Shown here one piece after another: positions 1-10,690 of a stretch of DNA of 64,000 nt. The DNA comes from Chloroflexota bacterium (lineage in GTDB: Bacteria > Chloroflexota > Dehalococcoidia > UBA2979), in the NCBI GenBank assembly GCA_947472995.1, contig CANJBO010000008.1, positions 1,538 to 65,537 of the forward strand, in the 5' to 3' direction. A program made the position numbers and the translations under genes. Below the pieces are notes generated by a model. The model saw only the letters and a list, made by a program, of their open reading frames with translations, did no database searches and was not told the origin of the DNA. Each line of letters starts with the position of its first letter. The first letter of the stretch is position 1.

Positions 1-1443
<1,443 letters not shown>

Positions 1444-1535
1444 CGCGTCCTCCGCCCTGCTGCTCGCCGCCGAGTATACCGCCCGTCCCGCGCCGCTCCG
1501 CCGCTAGCATCGAGGCGCACGGCGAACGGTTCGAG

Positions 1536-1781
1536 GTGGAGCGCAGCGTGGCGGAGATCCTCGACGGGATGGCGCCGGTGGTGTCGGCAGCGGCGTGGCT
1601 GCTCGTCTACGCGCTGCCGTGGGGCGGCGCGTTCCTTGTCGGGCGGTGGGCGTGGTGGCGCGTCAGCCCGCGCTCCGCGTTCGCGGCGTGGGCGGTCGCG
1701 ACGTGCGTCGCGCTCGGCGCGCTGCTCGTGCTGTCGATGCTGCTCGTTGCGGTGATCGAGGTCGTCGCGCCCTCGACGTGA
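1536..1781 (+). CDS. hypothetical small membrane protein (81 aa, GTG start)
   Basis: ORF track. Two hydrophobic helices (VVSAAAWLLVYALPWGGAFLV; AVATCVALGALLVLSMLLVAVI). No family recognised. Confidence 0.35.
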   Translation: MERSVAEILDGMAPVVSAAAWLLVYALPWGGAFLVGRWAWWRVSPRSAFAAWAVATCVALGALLVLSMLLVAVIEVVAPST

Positions 1782-1802
1782 GGAGCGGCGTCGAGGGCGG
1801 AA

Positions 1803-1840
1803 CCCCCACCCCGGCCCTCCCCCGTGAAGGGGGAGGGGGC
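1803..1840 (-). repeat. GC-rich palindromic intergenic repeat unit (CCCCCACCCC-GG-CCCTCCCCC-GTGAA-GGGGGAGGG)
   Basis: Read directly. 9-bp stem CCCTCCCCC/GGGGGAGGG with GTGAA loop, preceded by CCCCCACCCC. Same unit recurs at 4807, 17307 and 25373, and in opposite orientation elsewhere. Confidence 0.9.
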
Positions 1841-1866
1841 TGAGAGAGAGTGCTGAGAGAGAGAGA
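1841..1866. repeat. short (GA)n-type microsatellite, tgagagagag-tgc-tgagagagagaga
   Basis: Read directly between the palindromic repeat and the stop of the DUF983 gene. Confidence 0.85.
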
Positions 1867-2271
1867 CTAACGTTGCGGCGGGGAGCCGGTGGGCGGGGCG
1901 TCGCCGCGGGACATGAAGCCCCACTCGTACAGCAGCGCGAACCACATCGCCTTCGCCGGGCGGTAGCCGACGACCGTCGCGACGAGCGAGATGGCGGCGA
2001 TCGTCGCCATCGTCCACATCGTCGACAGGCCGAGGCTCGCGAACGGCGCCCAGCGCATCTCGATCAGCACGAAGAGGAAGCCGACGATCGCGCCGATGCC
2101 GTACCCGATCGCGGTGCCGCCGAGCCACTCGCCCGAGGACGACTCGAAGCGGGTGCCGCAGACCGCGCACGTCTCGTGCAGGTCGTAGAAGGAGCGGAAC
2201 ATCGAAGTGCGCCCGCACTCGGGGCAGCGCCCGAGGACGCCCGTGCGCCAGAAGGTGTGAAGCGCGCCCAT
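1867..2271 (-). CDS. DUF983 domain-containing membrane protein (N-terminal zinc ribbon plus 2 TM)
   Basis: ORF track 134 aa. CPECG...CAVCG zinc-ribbon followed by two TM helices, the typical DUF983 layout. Confidence 0.75.
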   Translation of the reverse strand: MGALHTFWRTGVLGRCPECGRTSMFRSFYDLHETCAVCGTRFESSSGEWLGGTAIGYGIGAIVGFLFVLIEMRWAPFASLGLSTMWTMATIAAISLVATVVGYRPAKAMWFALLYEWGFMSRGDAPPTGSPPQR

Positions 2272-2280
2272 CGAGGGGTG

Positions 2281-2463
2281 CTAGCGCTGGCCCGGCGTCG
2301 CCTGGTAGGGGTTGCCGATCTGGCCCTGCTTCTCGGAGCACTCCGAGCAGAGGACGGACTTCTCACGGAAGCGGACGCCGCCCTTGATCACGTACGTGCC
2401 GCAGAGGGAGCACTTCCCCTCGACGCCGTTCTCGCCAATCTTGAAGCCGGTCTGCTGGGACAT
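2281..2463 (-). CDS. small zinc-ribbon protein (60 aa)
   Basis: Internal ATG of the 132-aa ORF: MSQQTGFKIGENGVEGKCSLCGTYVIKGGVRFREKSVLCSECSEKQGQ... (CxxC...CxxC). GGAGGG upstream. Stop lies 9 nt before the DUF983 start, so probably co-transcribed. Confidence 0.55.
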   Translation of the reverse strand: MSQQTGFKIGENGVEGKCSLCGTYVIKGGVRFREKSVLCSECSEKQGQIGNPYQATPGQR

Positions 2464-2548
2464 CGAGCCCTCCGAGGTGCGCCTGCGCTGCTCCCGCCAG
2501 TCTAGTCCGCGCGCCCCCGCGAACCAAGCGCGCCCCCGTCGAGGTAGC

Positions 2549-3271
2549 ATGCGCCCCGTGAAGCACCTCGTCCCCCTCGTGCTGGCAACGCTGCTCTTCG
2601 CGGGATGCGAGGACCCGCGTTCCGCGGCTACCCCGACGGCGACTGCGAGTGTGAGCGCGACGGCAGCAACGGCGAGCACCCCACTGTCAGCTACCGCGAC
2701 TCCGATCTACGCCGCTACGCCGGTCCCGACGCCTACGCCGATTCTCGCGTGGGAAGTGCCGCCGAAGACGGGGATCGCGCATGTCGATGCGATTGTCGCG
2801 GCGGTGATTGGGGGGGATGCGTCGACGCTCGAACGCTTGGTCACCGGGAGCAGGATCAACTGCTCACCCAACGGGCGGCCGGTCTGCACTTCTGGCGTCC
2901 CCATCGGCACACCTGTGCTGGCATTCGCGAGAGGTGCCTGTCCGGGCGACGGTGGCTGGACCGCGCTCATTCCAACTGCGCAGTTCGACCCAGCGACCTT
3001 CGGAGTGGATACGAAAGCCCGGATTGCAGGAAGGCTTTCTTCCGCTGGCCTGAGGTTTCTAATCGGGGTGTACGAAGTTCCTCCCTCGCGGGACGTCTAT
3101 CGATACCGAATTGCATTCCAACGTGATCTTCGCGCGCAGGGTGGGGTGTTCCTCGGTGTCACCGAAGAGGGGATCGCTGAATGGGTCGGGGCGAATGCGG
3201 ATCCGGCGCATGGGTGTCTGCTCCCATTTCCTGGCGAGACAACACTTGTCCCGCCACCGACACAGCCCTGA
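2549..3271 (+). CDS. putative lipoprotein, unknown function
   Basis: Internal ATG (codon 80) of ORF 2312..3271: MRPVKHLVPLVLATLLFAGCEDP (signal peptide plus lipobox Cys), then an Ala/Thr/Pro linker and a globular domain. Confidence 0.7.
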   Translation: MRPVKHLVPLVLATLLFAGCEDPRSAATPTATASVSATAATASTPLSATATPIYAATPVPTPTPILAWEVPPKTGIAHVDAIVAAVIGGDASTLERLVTGSRINCSPNGRPVCTSGVPIGTPVLAFARGACPGDGGWTALIPTAQFDPATFGVDTKARIAGRLSSAGLRFLIGVYEVPPSRDVYRYRIAFQRDLRAQGGVFLGVTEEGIAEWVGANADPAHGCLLPFPGETTLVPPPTQP

Positions 3272-3349
3272 GATAGCCCGCACCACCTCGCTGCCTATAC
3301 TGGGTCGTACCCCACCCATCGAGGCACCCGGAACGGCGAGCGGCGGATC

Positions 3350-4702
3350 GTGGCGACTGACATCGACCCCGGCGAGGTGCAGGCGCGCGTCGAGGCGGCT
3401 CGGCGCGGGGCGGGTGCGGACGCGTTCGTCGCGCTGACGCTGCCGGCGGACTTCGACGCGCGGCGGCTGCTGGACGACCCGCAGGGCGCGGGTGTCGTCG
3501 CCTCGTACGAGCGGCCGGCGCAGGGCGTGGCGATGATCGCCGTCGGCGAGGCGGGGCGCGTCGAGGCAGCGACGGGTGACGGGCCGGGCGCCGTCGGCGA
3601 GGCCGCGCGGGCGCTCCTCGACCGGCCGAGCGCGGGCGACCTGCCGGGGCTGCGGCCGCGGCTCCTCGGCGGGTTCCGATTCAACGGCGCCACCGCGCCG
3701 GGCGCGCCGTGGGACGCCTTCGGCGCCGGGTGGCTGGTGCTACCGCGCGTGCTCTTCCTCGCCACCGGCGAGTCGAACGCGATGATCCTCGCGCCGAGCG
3801 CAGCCGCATCGGACGTCGCCGCGCTCATCGAGCGCGTGCAGCGCGCGGGCGTCCTCGACGCCGCGGCCACCTCGACCGGCCCGCTGCGCGTTGAACAGCC
3901 CGTCGACCGCGAGCGCTGGCTCGCGAGCGTCGCCACGATCGCCGCCGAGGTGCGCGCCGGGCTGTACGAGAAGGCCGTGCTGGCGACGACGCAGCAGGTC
4001 GCCGCCGACGCCCCGATCTCGATCGGCGCCGCGCTCGCCCGCCTGCGCGAGAACTACGCCGACTGCCACCTGTTCACCATGACCAGCGGTGACGCGACCT
4101 TCCTCGGCGCGAGCCCGGAGCTGCTAGTGTCGCTCACGCACGGCCGCGTGCGCGCCCTCGGCCTCGCGGGGTCGACGCGGCGCGGCGGCGACGCCGAGGA
4201 GGACGAGCGCCTCGGCGCCGCGCTGCTGGAGAGCGCGAAGGACCGCATCGAGCACGAGACGGTGGTCCGCGCGATCCGCGAGCGTCTCGAGCCCGCGACC
4301 GACGAGCTGCTGGCGCCGAACCAGCCGCAGCTGCGCCGCCTGCGCAACATCCAGCACCTCTCCACGGAGATCTCCGGCCGCGTGCGCCCGGGCGTCGACG
4401 TCCTCGACCTCGTCCAGCGGCTGCACCCCACGCCGGCCGTCTGCGGCTGGCCCGCCGACCGTGCCCGCGAGGTCATCGCGCACCACGAGGCGTTCGACCG
4501 CGGCTGGTACGCCGGCCCGGTGGGGTGGATGGACGGCGCGGGCGACGGCGAGTTCGCGGTCGGCCTCCGCGCGGCGGTGGTGCGGGGACCTCGCGCGTGG
4601 CTGTTCGCGGGCAACGGCATCATGGGCGACTCCGTCCCGCAGTCCGAGCTCGACGAGGTCCAGCTCAAGTTCCGGCCCGTCCGCGAGGCGCTCGGCGGGT
4701 AG
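3350..4702 (+). CDS. menF: isochorismate synthase
   Basis: 450 aa, GTG start. Chorismate-binding C-terminal core ...GASPELLVS...LAGSTRRG...HLSTEISG...LHPTPAVCGWP...FDRGWYAGPVGW...GEFAVGLR. First gene of a men cluster. Confidence 0.9.
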   Translation: MATDIDPGEVQARVEAARRGAGADAFVALTLPADFDARRLLDDPQGAGVVASYERPAQGVAMIAVGEAGRVEAATGDGPGAVGEAARALLDRPSAGDLPGLRPRLLGGFRFNGATAPGAPWDAFGAGWLVLPRVLFLATGESNAMILAPSAAASDVAALIERVQRAGVLDAAATSTGPLRVEQPVDRERWLASVATIAAEVRAGLYEKAVLATTQQVAADAPISIGAALARLRENYADCHLFTMTSGDATFLGASPELLVSLTHGRVRALGLAGSTRRGGDAEEDERLGAALLESAKDRIEHETVVRAIRERLEPATDELLAPNQPQLRRLRNIQHLSTEISGRVRPGVDVLDLVQRLHPTPAVCGWPADRAREVIAHHEAFDRGWYAGPVGWMDGAGDGEFAVGLRAAVVRGPRAWLFAGNGIMGDSVPQSELDEVQLKFRPVREALGG

Positions 4703-4806
4703 CCTCGAGGCTCGTCGAGGGCGTCGATCTGCGTGGTGCGCCCCTCCCGGACACGCGCTCCGCTAGGCACCTCGTAGCCCCGGGCTGGCTGTGGCGTCGG
4801 CGGCGG

Positions 4807-4859
4807 CGAGCGGCGTGGTGCGCCCCCACCCCAGCCCTCCCCCGTGAAGGGGGAGGGGG
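4807..4859 (-). repeat. GC-rich palindromic repeat unit, 53 nt identical to 17307..17359
   Basis: cgagcggcgtggtgcgcccccaccccagccctcccccgtgaagggggaggggg read at both loci, base-for-base identical. Confidence 0.9.
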
Positions 4860-4902
4860 CCGGAAGCCCTCACCGCACCTCCTTCTCCCCTGTTCGGGAT
4901 GC

Positions 4903-4970
4903 TTGAAGGGGGCGGAGCCCCTTTCAAATCTCAACCCCTCCCGCGCCGGGAGGGGCAGGGGTGGGCCGCC
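4903..4970 (+). repeat. composite palindromic repeat: hairpin TTGAAGGGG..CCCCTTTCAA plus hairpin CCCCTCCCGCGCCGGGAGGGG plus CAGGGGTGGGCCGCC tail
   Basis: Read directly. Same two-hairpin layout at 15139, 47788 and 58132, and inverted at 14987. Confidence 0.88.
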
Positions 4971-5064
4971 CTTCGTAAGCACCGCGACGCTCGTCGCCTC
5001 GAAGTCTCGTACCGCCAGACCTGCCGAGGGACGCCGAGTCGGGGGGGCGATAAGATGGGAAGCA

Positions 5065-6837
5065 ATGGCCCAGCCCGCCGATCGCACCGTGCACGCGCTG
5101 CTCCAGTCGCTCCACCGCAACGGGGTGCGACATTTCGTGATCGCTCCGGGCTCCCGCAACACCCCGATCACCATCGCCGCCACCGCGCCCGGGTCGCCGT
5201 TCAAGGTGTGGCTGCACCTCGACGAGCGGTCGGCGGGGTACTTCGCGCTCGGCATCGCGCGGCAGACCGGCGAGCCCGTCGCGGTCACCTGCACCTCCGG
5301 CACCGCCGTCGCGAACCTGCTCCCCGCCGCCGTCGAGGCGCGCCTGTCGCGCGTGCCGCTCGTCCTGATCACCGCGGACCGCCCGCCCGAGGCGCGTGAC
5401 ATCGGCGCGTCGCAGACCGTGGACCAGGTCGGCATCTTCTCCGGCCACGTGAAGTGGGCCGCCGACCTGCCGGTCGCCGACGCCTCCGCGATCGGCGACC
5501 TCGAGCGCTACGCCGCCGCCGCCGGGGCGCGCGCCGCGGCCACCGCGTGCGAGGCGCCCGCCGGGCCGGTGCACCTGAACGTCCCGCTGCGCGAGCCGCT
5601 GGTCGACGCGGAGTCGGAGACGCTGCCCTTCGAGATCGGCACGCCCGAGGTGCACCGCTCGCCGGCCGCGCCCGCTCGTCCGACGCCGGGCGACCTCGCG
5701 CTGGTCGCGCGCGCCGTCGAGGCGCGTCGCGGCCTGATCATCTGCGGCCCGGAGTCGAGCGGGCTGCCCGCCGCGGCGATCGCATCGCTGGCGGCGGTCC
5801 TCGGCTGGCCGGTGATCGCGGACCCGCTGTCGGGGATGCGCGCCGGTCACCACGCGCTGGCGGCGGTGATCGACCGCGCCGACGTGCTGGTGCGCGAGCC
5901 GACGTTCACCGGCCCCGCCACGCCCGAGGTCACGATCCGCTTCGGCGCTGCCCCGACCTCGAAGCCGCTGAACACGTGGCTCGCGGGCCTCGACGCGACG
6001 CACATCGTGGTCGACCCGGCGGTCGCCGCCGGCGGCGGCTGGCGCGACCCCGACCTGCGCGCCGCGATCGCCATCGCCGCCGACCCCGGCGCCTTCTGCT
6101 CCGCGCTCCTCGAGTCGCTCGACGCGCGCTCGGCAGCGCGGGCGGAGTGGCTCGCGCTCTGGTGCGACGCGAACGCGGCCGCACGCACCGCGCTCGACGA
6201 GGCGATCGCCAACCTCGGCGAGCCGTTTGAGGGACAGGCCGTCGTCGATCTCGCCGGCGCGCTACCGGAGGGCGCGACGCTGGTGGCCGGCAACTCGATG
6301 CCCGTGCGCGACATCGACTCGTTCTTCCCGAACATGGACCGCGCCGTGCGCCTCGTCGGCACGCGCGGGGCGAGCGGCATCGACGGCGTGACCTCGGGCG
6401 CCGCGGGCGCCGCCGCAGTCGCCGATGGGCCCGTCGCGCTGATGATCGGCGACCTCTCGTTCCTGCACGACGTGAACGGCCTGTGGCCGATCCGACGGCA
6501 CGACCTGAGCCTCACCGTCGTGCTGGTGAACAACGACGGCGGTGGCATCTTCTCCTTCCTCCCGCAGCGCACGAGCATGCCGGCGCGCTTCGACGCGTGG
6601 TGGGGCACGCCGCACGGCCTCGACCTGCGGCACGCGGTGGCGCTGCACGGCGGCCGGCACACGTTGCTCGAGCCGGGCATCGCGTCCAGCGCGGCGATCG
6701 GGGACGCGCTGCTGCGTCCGGGCCTCGACGTCCTCGAGCTGCGCACGGACCGCGACCGCAACGTCGCGCTGCACCAGCATGTCTGGGCGCGCGGTGTCGA
6801 GGCAGTGCGTCACGCCGTCGTGGCCGCGCGGGCCTAG
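5065..6837 (+). CDS. menD: 2-succinyl-5-enolpyruvyl-6-hydroxy-3-cyclohexene-1-carboxylate (SEPHCHC) synthase, ThDP-dependent
   Basis: Internal ATG of ORF 4525..6837: MAQPADRTVHALLQSLHRNGVRHFVIAPGSRNTPITIA...LDERSAGYFALGIAR...CTSGTAVANLLPAVVEA-like motifs typical of MenD. The upstream part of the ORF is repeat sequence. Confidence 0.92.
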   Translation: MAQPADRTVHALLQSLHRNGVRHFVIAPGSRNTPITIAATAPGSPFKVWLHLDERSAGYFALGIARQTGEPVAVTCTSGTAVANLLPAAVEARLSRVPLVLITADRPPEARDIGASQTVDQVGIFSGHVKWAADLPVADASAIGDLERYAAAAGARAAATACEAPAGPVHLNVPLREPLVDAESETLPFEIGTPEVHRSPAAPARPTPGDLALVARAVEARRGLIICGPESSGLPAAAIASLAAVLGWPVIADPLSGMRAGHHALAAVIDRADVLVREPTFTGPATPEVTIRFGAAPTSKPLNTWLAGLDATHIVVDPAVAAGGGWRDPDLRAAIAIAADPGAFCSALLESLDARSAARAEWLALWCDANAAARTALDEAIANLGEPFEGQAVVDLAGALPEGATLVAGNSMPVRDIDSFFPNMDRAVRLVGTRGASGIDGVTSGAAGAAAVADGPVALMIGDLSFLHDVNGLWPIRRHDLSLTVVLVNNDGGGIFSFLPQRTSMPARFDAWWGTPHGLDLRHAVALHGGRHTLLEPGIASSAAIGDALLRPGLDVLELRTDRDRNVALHQHVWARGVEAVRHAVVAARA

Positions 6838-6862
6838 CGCTGTGGTGTCGTCCAACCTCGAC

Positions 6863-7714
6863 ATGACCGGCCTCGACGTCGAGGTCGACGGCCTGCCGAT
6901 CCACGTCGAGCGCGCGGGCAGCGGCCCGCCCGTCGTGCTGCTGCACGGCTTCACCGGCTCCAGCCGAGCGTGGCGCGCGCTCGCCGAGGCGCTGCCCGAT
7001 TACACGACGTTCGCCATCGACCTGATCGGGCACGGCCAGACCGGCATCGCCGCACCCGACGACCGCTACGCGATGCACCGCGTCGTCGAGGACCTCGCCG
7101 CGCTGCTACACGCGCTCGGGTACGAGCGCGCCGCGTGGCTCGGCTACTCGCTCGGCGGGCGCACGGCGCTCCAGGTCGCCGTGCAGCGCCCCGACGTCGT
7201 CTCCGCGCTGATCCTCGAGGGCGCGTCGCCCGGCCTCGCCACCTCCGCCGAGCGCGCCGAGCGCGTCGCCGCCGACGAGGCGCTGGCCGACCGCCTCGAC
7301 CGCGAGGGCATCGAGCCGTTCATCGACTTCTGGCAGTCGATCTCGCTCTGGGACAGCCAGCAGCGCACCCTCACCGCCGAGCAGCGCGCGGCGCTGCGGC
7401 GCGGGCGCCTCGCACAGGACGCGCGCGGGCTCGCGCAGTCGCTGCGGGGGATGGGCACCGGGGCGCAGGCGTGGGTGGGCGACCGCCTCGGCGCGATCGG
7501 CGTGCCCACGCTGCTGACCGCCGGTACGCTCGACACGAAGTTCGCCGCGATCGCCGCCGAGATGGCCCAGGCGATCCCGGACAGTACGATGCAGCTGATC
7601 GACGACGCCGGGCATGCCGCCCACCTCGAACGGCCGGACGCGTTCCACGCGCTCGTCCGCGAGTTCCTGTCGACCGTGCGCGGGCGCATCGAGCGCGCCC
7701 AGGAGGACCGATGA
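6863..7714 (+). CDS. menH: 2-succinyl-6-hydroxy-2,4-cyclohexadiene-1-carboxylate synthase (alpha/beta hydrolase)
   Basis: [33 protein letters not shown]...GYSLGGR (nucleophile elbow)...[11 protein letters not shown]. Sits between menD and menB. In-frame GTG at 6842 is an alternative start. Confidence 0.85.
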   Translation: MTGLDVEVDGLPIHVERAGSGPPVVLLHGFTGSSRAWRALAEALPDYTTFAIDLIGHGQTGIAAPDDRYAMHRVVEDLAALLHALGYERAAWLGYSLGGRTALQVAVQRPDVVSALILEGASPGLATSAERAERVAADEALADRLDREGIEPFIDFWQSISLWDSQQRTLTAEQRAALRRGRLAQDARGLAQSLRGMGTGAQAWVGDRLGAIGVPTLLTAGTLDTKFAAIAAEMAQAIPDSTMQLIDDAGHAAHLERPDAFHALVREFLSTVRGRIERAQEDR

Positions 7715-8541
7715 GCGACACCCGCTGGGAGACCGTGAAGACCTACACCGACATCCTCTCGGAGCGGTCAGGCGGCATCGCGAAGATCACGATCAACCGC
7801 CCGGAGGTGCACAACGCCTTCCGCCCGCTGACGATCGACGAGCTGGCCGACGCCTTCGCGATCGCCGCAAAGGACGACTCGATCGGTGTGGTGCTGTTCA
7901 CCGGCGCGGGCGGGCGCGCGTTCAGCAGCGGCGGCGACCAGCGCATCCGCGGCCACGCCGGCTACGTGGACACCGAGGGCGCCGCGCGCCTCAACGTGCT
8001 GCCGCTGCAGCGCTTCATCCGCGAGATGCCCAAGCCCGTGATCGCGCTGGTCGCGGGCTACGCGATCGGCGGCGGCCACGTGCTGCACGTGATCTGCGAC
8101 ATCACGATCGCCGCCGACAACGCGCGCTTCGGGCAGACCGGCCCGCGCGTCGGCTCGTTCGACGCGGGGTACGGCGTGTCGATGCTCGCGCGCCTCGTCG
8201 GGACGAAGCGCGCCCGCGAGATCTGGTACCTCTGCCGCCAGTACGACGCGGACGAGGCGTTCGCGATGGGCCTCGTGAACAAGGTCGTCCCGCTCGACGA
8301 CCTCGAGGCCGAGGGCGTGATCTGGGCGAACGAGATCCTCGCGAAGTCGCCGACCGCGATCCGCTTCCTGAAGAACGCGTTCCTCGCCGACACCGATGGC
8401 GCCACCGGCCTGCAGGTGCTCGCCGGCGACCTGACGATGCTGTACTACACGACCGACGAGGCGAAGGAGGGCCGCGACTCCTTCGTGCAGAAGCGCCAGC
8501 CCGACTTCACGAAGTTCCCGCGGCTCCCGTTCCATGGCTAG
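7711..8541 (+). CDS. menB: 1,4-dihydroxy-2-naphthoyl-CoA synthase (crotonase fold)
   Basis: [39 protein letters not shown]...[15 protein letters not shown]...[13 protein letters not shown]...[16 protein letters not shown] overlap with the menH stop. Confidence 0.95.
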   Translation: MSDTRWETVKTYTDILSERSGGIAKITINRPEVHNAFRPLTIDELADAFAIAAKDDSIGVVLFTGAGGRAFSSGGDQRIRGHAGYVDTEGAARLNVLPLQRFIREMPKPVIALVAGYAIGGGHVLHVICDITIAADNARFGQTGPRVGSFDAGYGVSMLARLVGTKRAREIWYLCRQYDADEAFAMGLVNKVVPLDDLEAEGVIWANEILAKSPTAIRFLKNAFLADTDGATGLQVLAGDLTMLYYTTDEAKEGRDSFVQKRQPDFTKFPRLPFHG

Positions 8542-9457
8542 CGCCCGGCGCGCCTCGGACGCGCCGATCGAGCCATCGATGAGCCGTTTCGCCGTCTGGA
8601 TGATGGCGATCCGCCCGCCGACGCTGACCGCCGCCGTCGTGCCGGTCGCCGTCGGCACCGCCGTTGCGCTGCACCACGGCGTGCGCGCGCCGCTCGCCGC
8701 GCTCGCCGCGCTGCTCGGCGCGCTCGCGTTGCAGGCCGGCGCGAACCTCGCCAACGACCTCTCCGACTTCCGTCGAGGCGCGGACACGGACGACCGCCTC
8801 GGTCCTGTGCGCGTGACGCAGCGCGGGCTGCTCACGGAGCGGCAGGTGACGACCGGCGTCGTCGTCTGCTTCGCGCTCGCGACCGTCGCGGGGCTGTACC
8901 TCACGTATCTCGGCGGGTGGCCGATCGTCGCGATCGGGCTGGCCTCGATGCTCGCGGCAGTGACATACACCGGCGGCCCGTGGCCCTTCGGCTACCGCGG
9001 GCTGGGCGAGGTGTTCGTGTTCATCTTCTTCGGCGTCGTCGCGGTCGCCGGCACGTACTACGTCCAGACCGGGACGGTGACCGGCGACGTCTTCGCCGCC
9101 TCGGTGCCGGTCGCGCTGACGGTCACCGCGATCCTCGTCGTCAACAACGTGCGCGACATCGACACGGACCGCGTCGCGGGGAAGTACACGCTCGCGGTGT
9201 ACCTCGGCCGGTCGCTGGCGCGCACGGAGCTCGTGGTGACGGTCGTCGGCGCGTACGTCGCGGCGGCGGCGCTGTGGTTCCTCGGCGACTTCTCGATCTG
9301 GGTGCTGCTGTCGTGGCTCTCCGTGCCGGCGGCGGTGCTGCCGGTCGCGGCGGTCCTGCGGCGCACCGAGGGCCCGCCGTTGAACGCCGCGCTCCGCGCG
9401 ATGGCGCGTCTGCACCTCATCTTTGGCCTGCTGCTCGCGATCGGGCTGTCGAGCTGA
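8534..9457 (+). CDS. menA: 1,4-dihydroxy-2-naphthoate polyprenyltransferase (UbiA family)
   Basis: 307 aa polytopic membrane protein. [11 protein letters not shown] and NNVRDIDTD Asp-rich UbiA motifs. 8-nt overlap with menB. Confidence 0.9.
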   Translation: MASARRASDAPIEPSMSRFAVWMMAIRPPTLTAAVVPVAVGTAVALHHGVRAPLAALAALLGALALQAGANLANDLSDFRRGADTDDRLGPVRVTQRGLLTERQVTTGVVVCFALATVAGLYLTYLGGWPIVAIGLASMLAAVTYTGGPWPFGYRGLGEVFVFIFFGVVAVAGTYYVQTGTVTGDVFAASVPVALTVTAILVVNNVRDIDTDRVAGKYTLAVYLGRSLARTELVVTVVGAYVAAAALWFLGDFSIWVLLSWLSVPAAVLPVAAVLRRTEGPPLNAALRAMARLHLIFGLLLAIGLSS

Positions 9458-10668
9458 CCACGACGCCCGCTGGCGATCCCGCCGGCGGCCTCGAGGGCGC
9501 GCGGCTCCGCTGGCGCCCGTTCCGTCTCCCGATGCGACGCCGCTTCGAGGCCGCCCACGGTGCGATGGACGACCGGCGTGGCGTGCTCCTCGAGCTGCAC
9601 GACGAGGACGGGCGTGTCGGCGTCGGCGAGGCCTCGCCCATCCCGTCGCTCGGCTACGGCACCGTCGAGGACGTCCTCGCGCTGCTGGCGCAGTACGTGC
9701 AGGACGGCACGCTGCCGCACCCGCTCGACGTGATCGATACGCAGACGCCTGGCGTGATGGCGCTGCTGTGCGCGCTCGACGTCGCGATGCTCGACCTGGA
9801 GGCGCAGCGCGCGGGGTGCACGGTCGCCGCGCTGCTCTCGGAGACGCCGGCGGCGAGCGTGCGCGTGAACGCCGTGATCGGCGACGGCACGCCCGAGGCG
9901 ACCGCGCGCTTCGGCGTCGAGGCGACCGCGCAGGGCTACACGGTGCTGAAGACGAAGGTCGGTACGGGCGACCTCGCGCGGGACGTCGAGCGCGTCACGG
10001 CGCTGCGCGCGGCCTGCCCGGACGCCACGATCCGCCTCGACGCGAACGGCGCGTGGGACGAGGAGACCGCGCTCGCGGCGGTGCGCGCGCTCGCTCCGCT
10101 CGGCATCGAGCTGATCGAGCAGCCCGTCACCGCCGCCGACGTCGCGGCGCTCGCCCGCGTGCGCCTCGCCGCGGTGCACGGCACGCCGGGCGCGGCGCAC
10201 GACCGCGCCGCGCTGGCGTGGCAGAGCGCCGCCGAGCCGCGCGGCCCGCTGATCGCCGCCGACGAGGCGGTCACCGACCCGGCGCTGCTGGCGCGCGTGC
10301 TGAACGAGCGCGCGGGCGACCTGGTGGTGCTGAAGCCGATGTTCCTCGGCGGGCTGCGGCCCGCGCTCGCCATCGCCCGCCGCGCCGAGGCGCGCGGCAT
10401 CGGCGCGATCGTCACGACGACGTTCGACTCCTCGATCGGCACGGCAGCAGCGCTGCACCTCGCGGCGGCGCTCGATGGCGACAGCGGCGAGGCGCGCGCG
10501 CACGGCCTCGGCACCGGCGAGCACCTCGACGGTGACCTCGTGACGCACACGCTCCTCGCGCGGGATGGCATGCTCGCGCTGCCGGGAGGCCCGGGCCTCG
10601 GCATCGCGCCCGACGAGGATGCGTGGCACCGTGTCGCGGAGGGCGACTGGAGCGAGGCCCGCATCTAG
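9454..10668 (+). CDS. menC: o-succinylbenzoate synthase (enolase superfamily); start codon uncertain
   Basis: Frame of ORF 8917..10668. Conserved part begins about LRWRPFRLPMRRRFEAAHG...GVGEASP...KTKVG...IRLDANGAW...IEQP. No ATG/GTG lies between the menA stop and the conserved N-terminal strand, so CTG 9454 or another rare start is assumed. Confidence 0.8.
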   Translation: MTTTPAGDPAGGLEGARLRWRPFRLPMRRRFEAAHGAMDDRRGVLLELHDEDGRVGVGEASPIPSLGYGTVEDVLALLAQYVQDGTLPHPLDVIDTQTPGVMALLCALDVAMLDLEAQRAGCTVAALLSETPAASVRVNAVIGDGTPEATARFGVEATAQGYTVLKTKVGTGDLARDVERVTALRAACPDATIRLDANGAWDEETALAAVRALAPLGIELIEQPVTAADVAALARVRLAAVHGTPGAAHDRAALAWQSAAEPRGPLIAADEAVTDPALLARVLNERAGDLVVLKPMFLGGLRPALAIARRAEARGIGAIVTTTFDSSIGTAAALHLAAALDGDSGEARAHGLGTGEHLDGDLVTHTLLARDGMLALPGGPGLGIAPDEDAWHRVAEGDWSEARI

Positions 10669-10690
10669 CGCACCGCCGCCGGGAGGACCG

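Noticed and set aside
4899-5399. ORFs translating the palindromic repeats as PSP..GEG/GRGRGG peptides (4899-5399, 14968-15213, 15026-15547, 21722-21907, 47763-47963, 47786-48151, 52697-53395, 1595-1843)
   Set aside because: Their apparent conservation is DNA-level repeat identity. The repeats occur in both orientations and in several frames, so these are not protein families.
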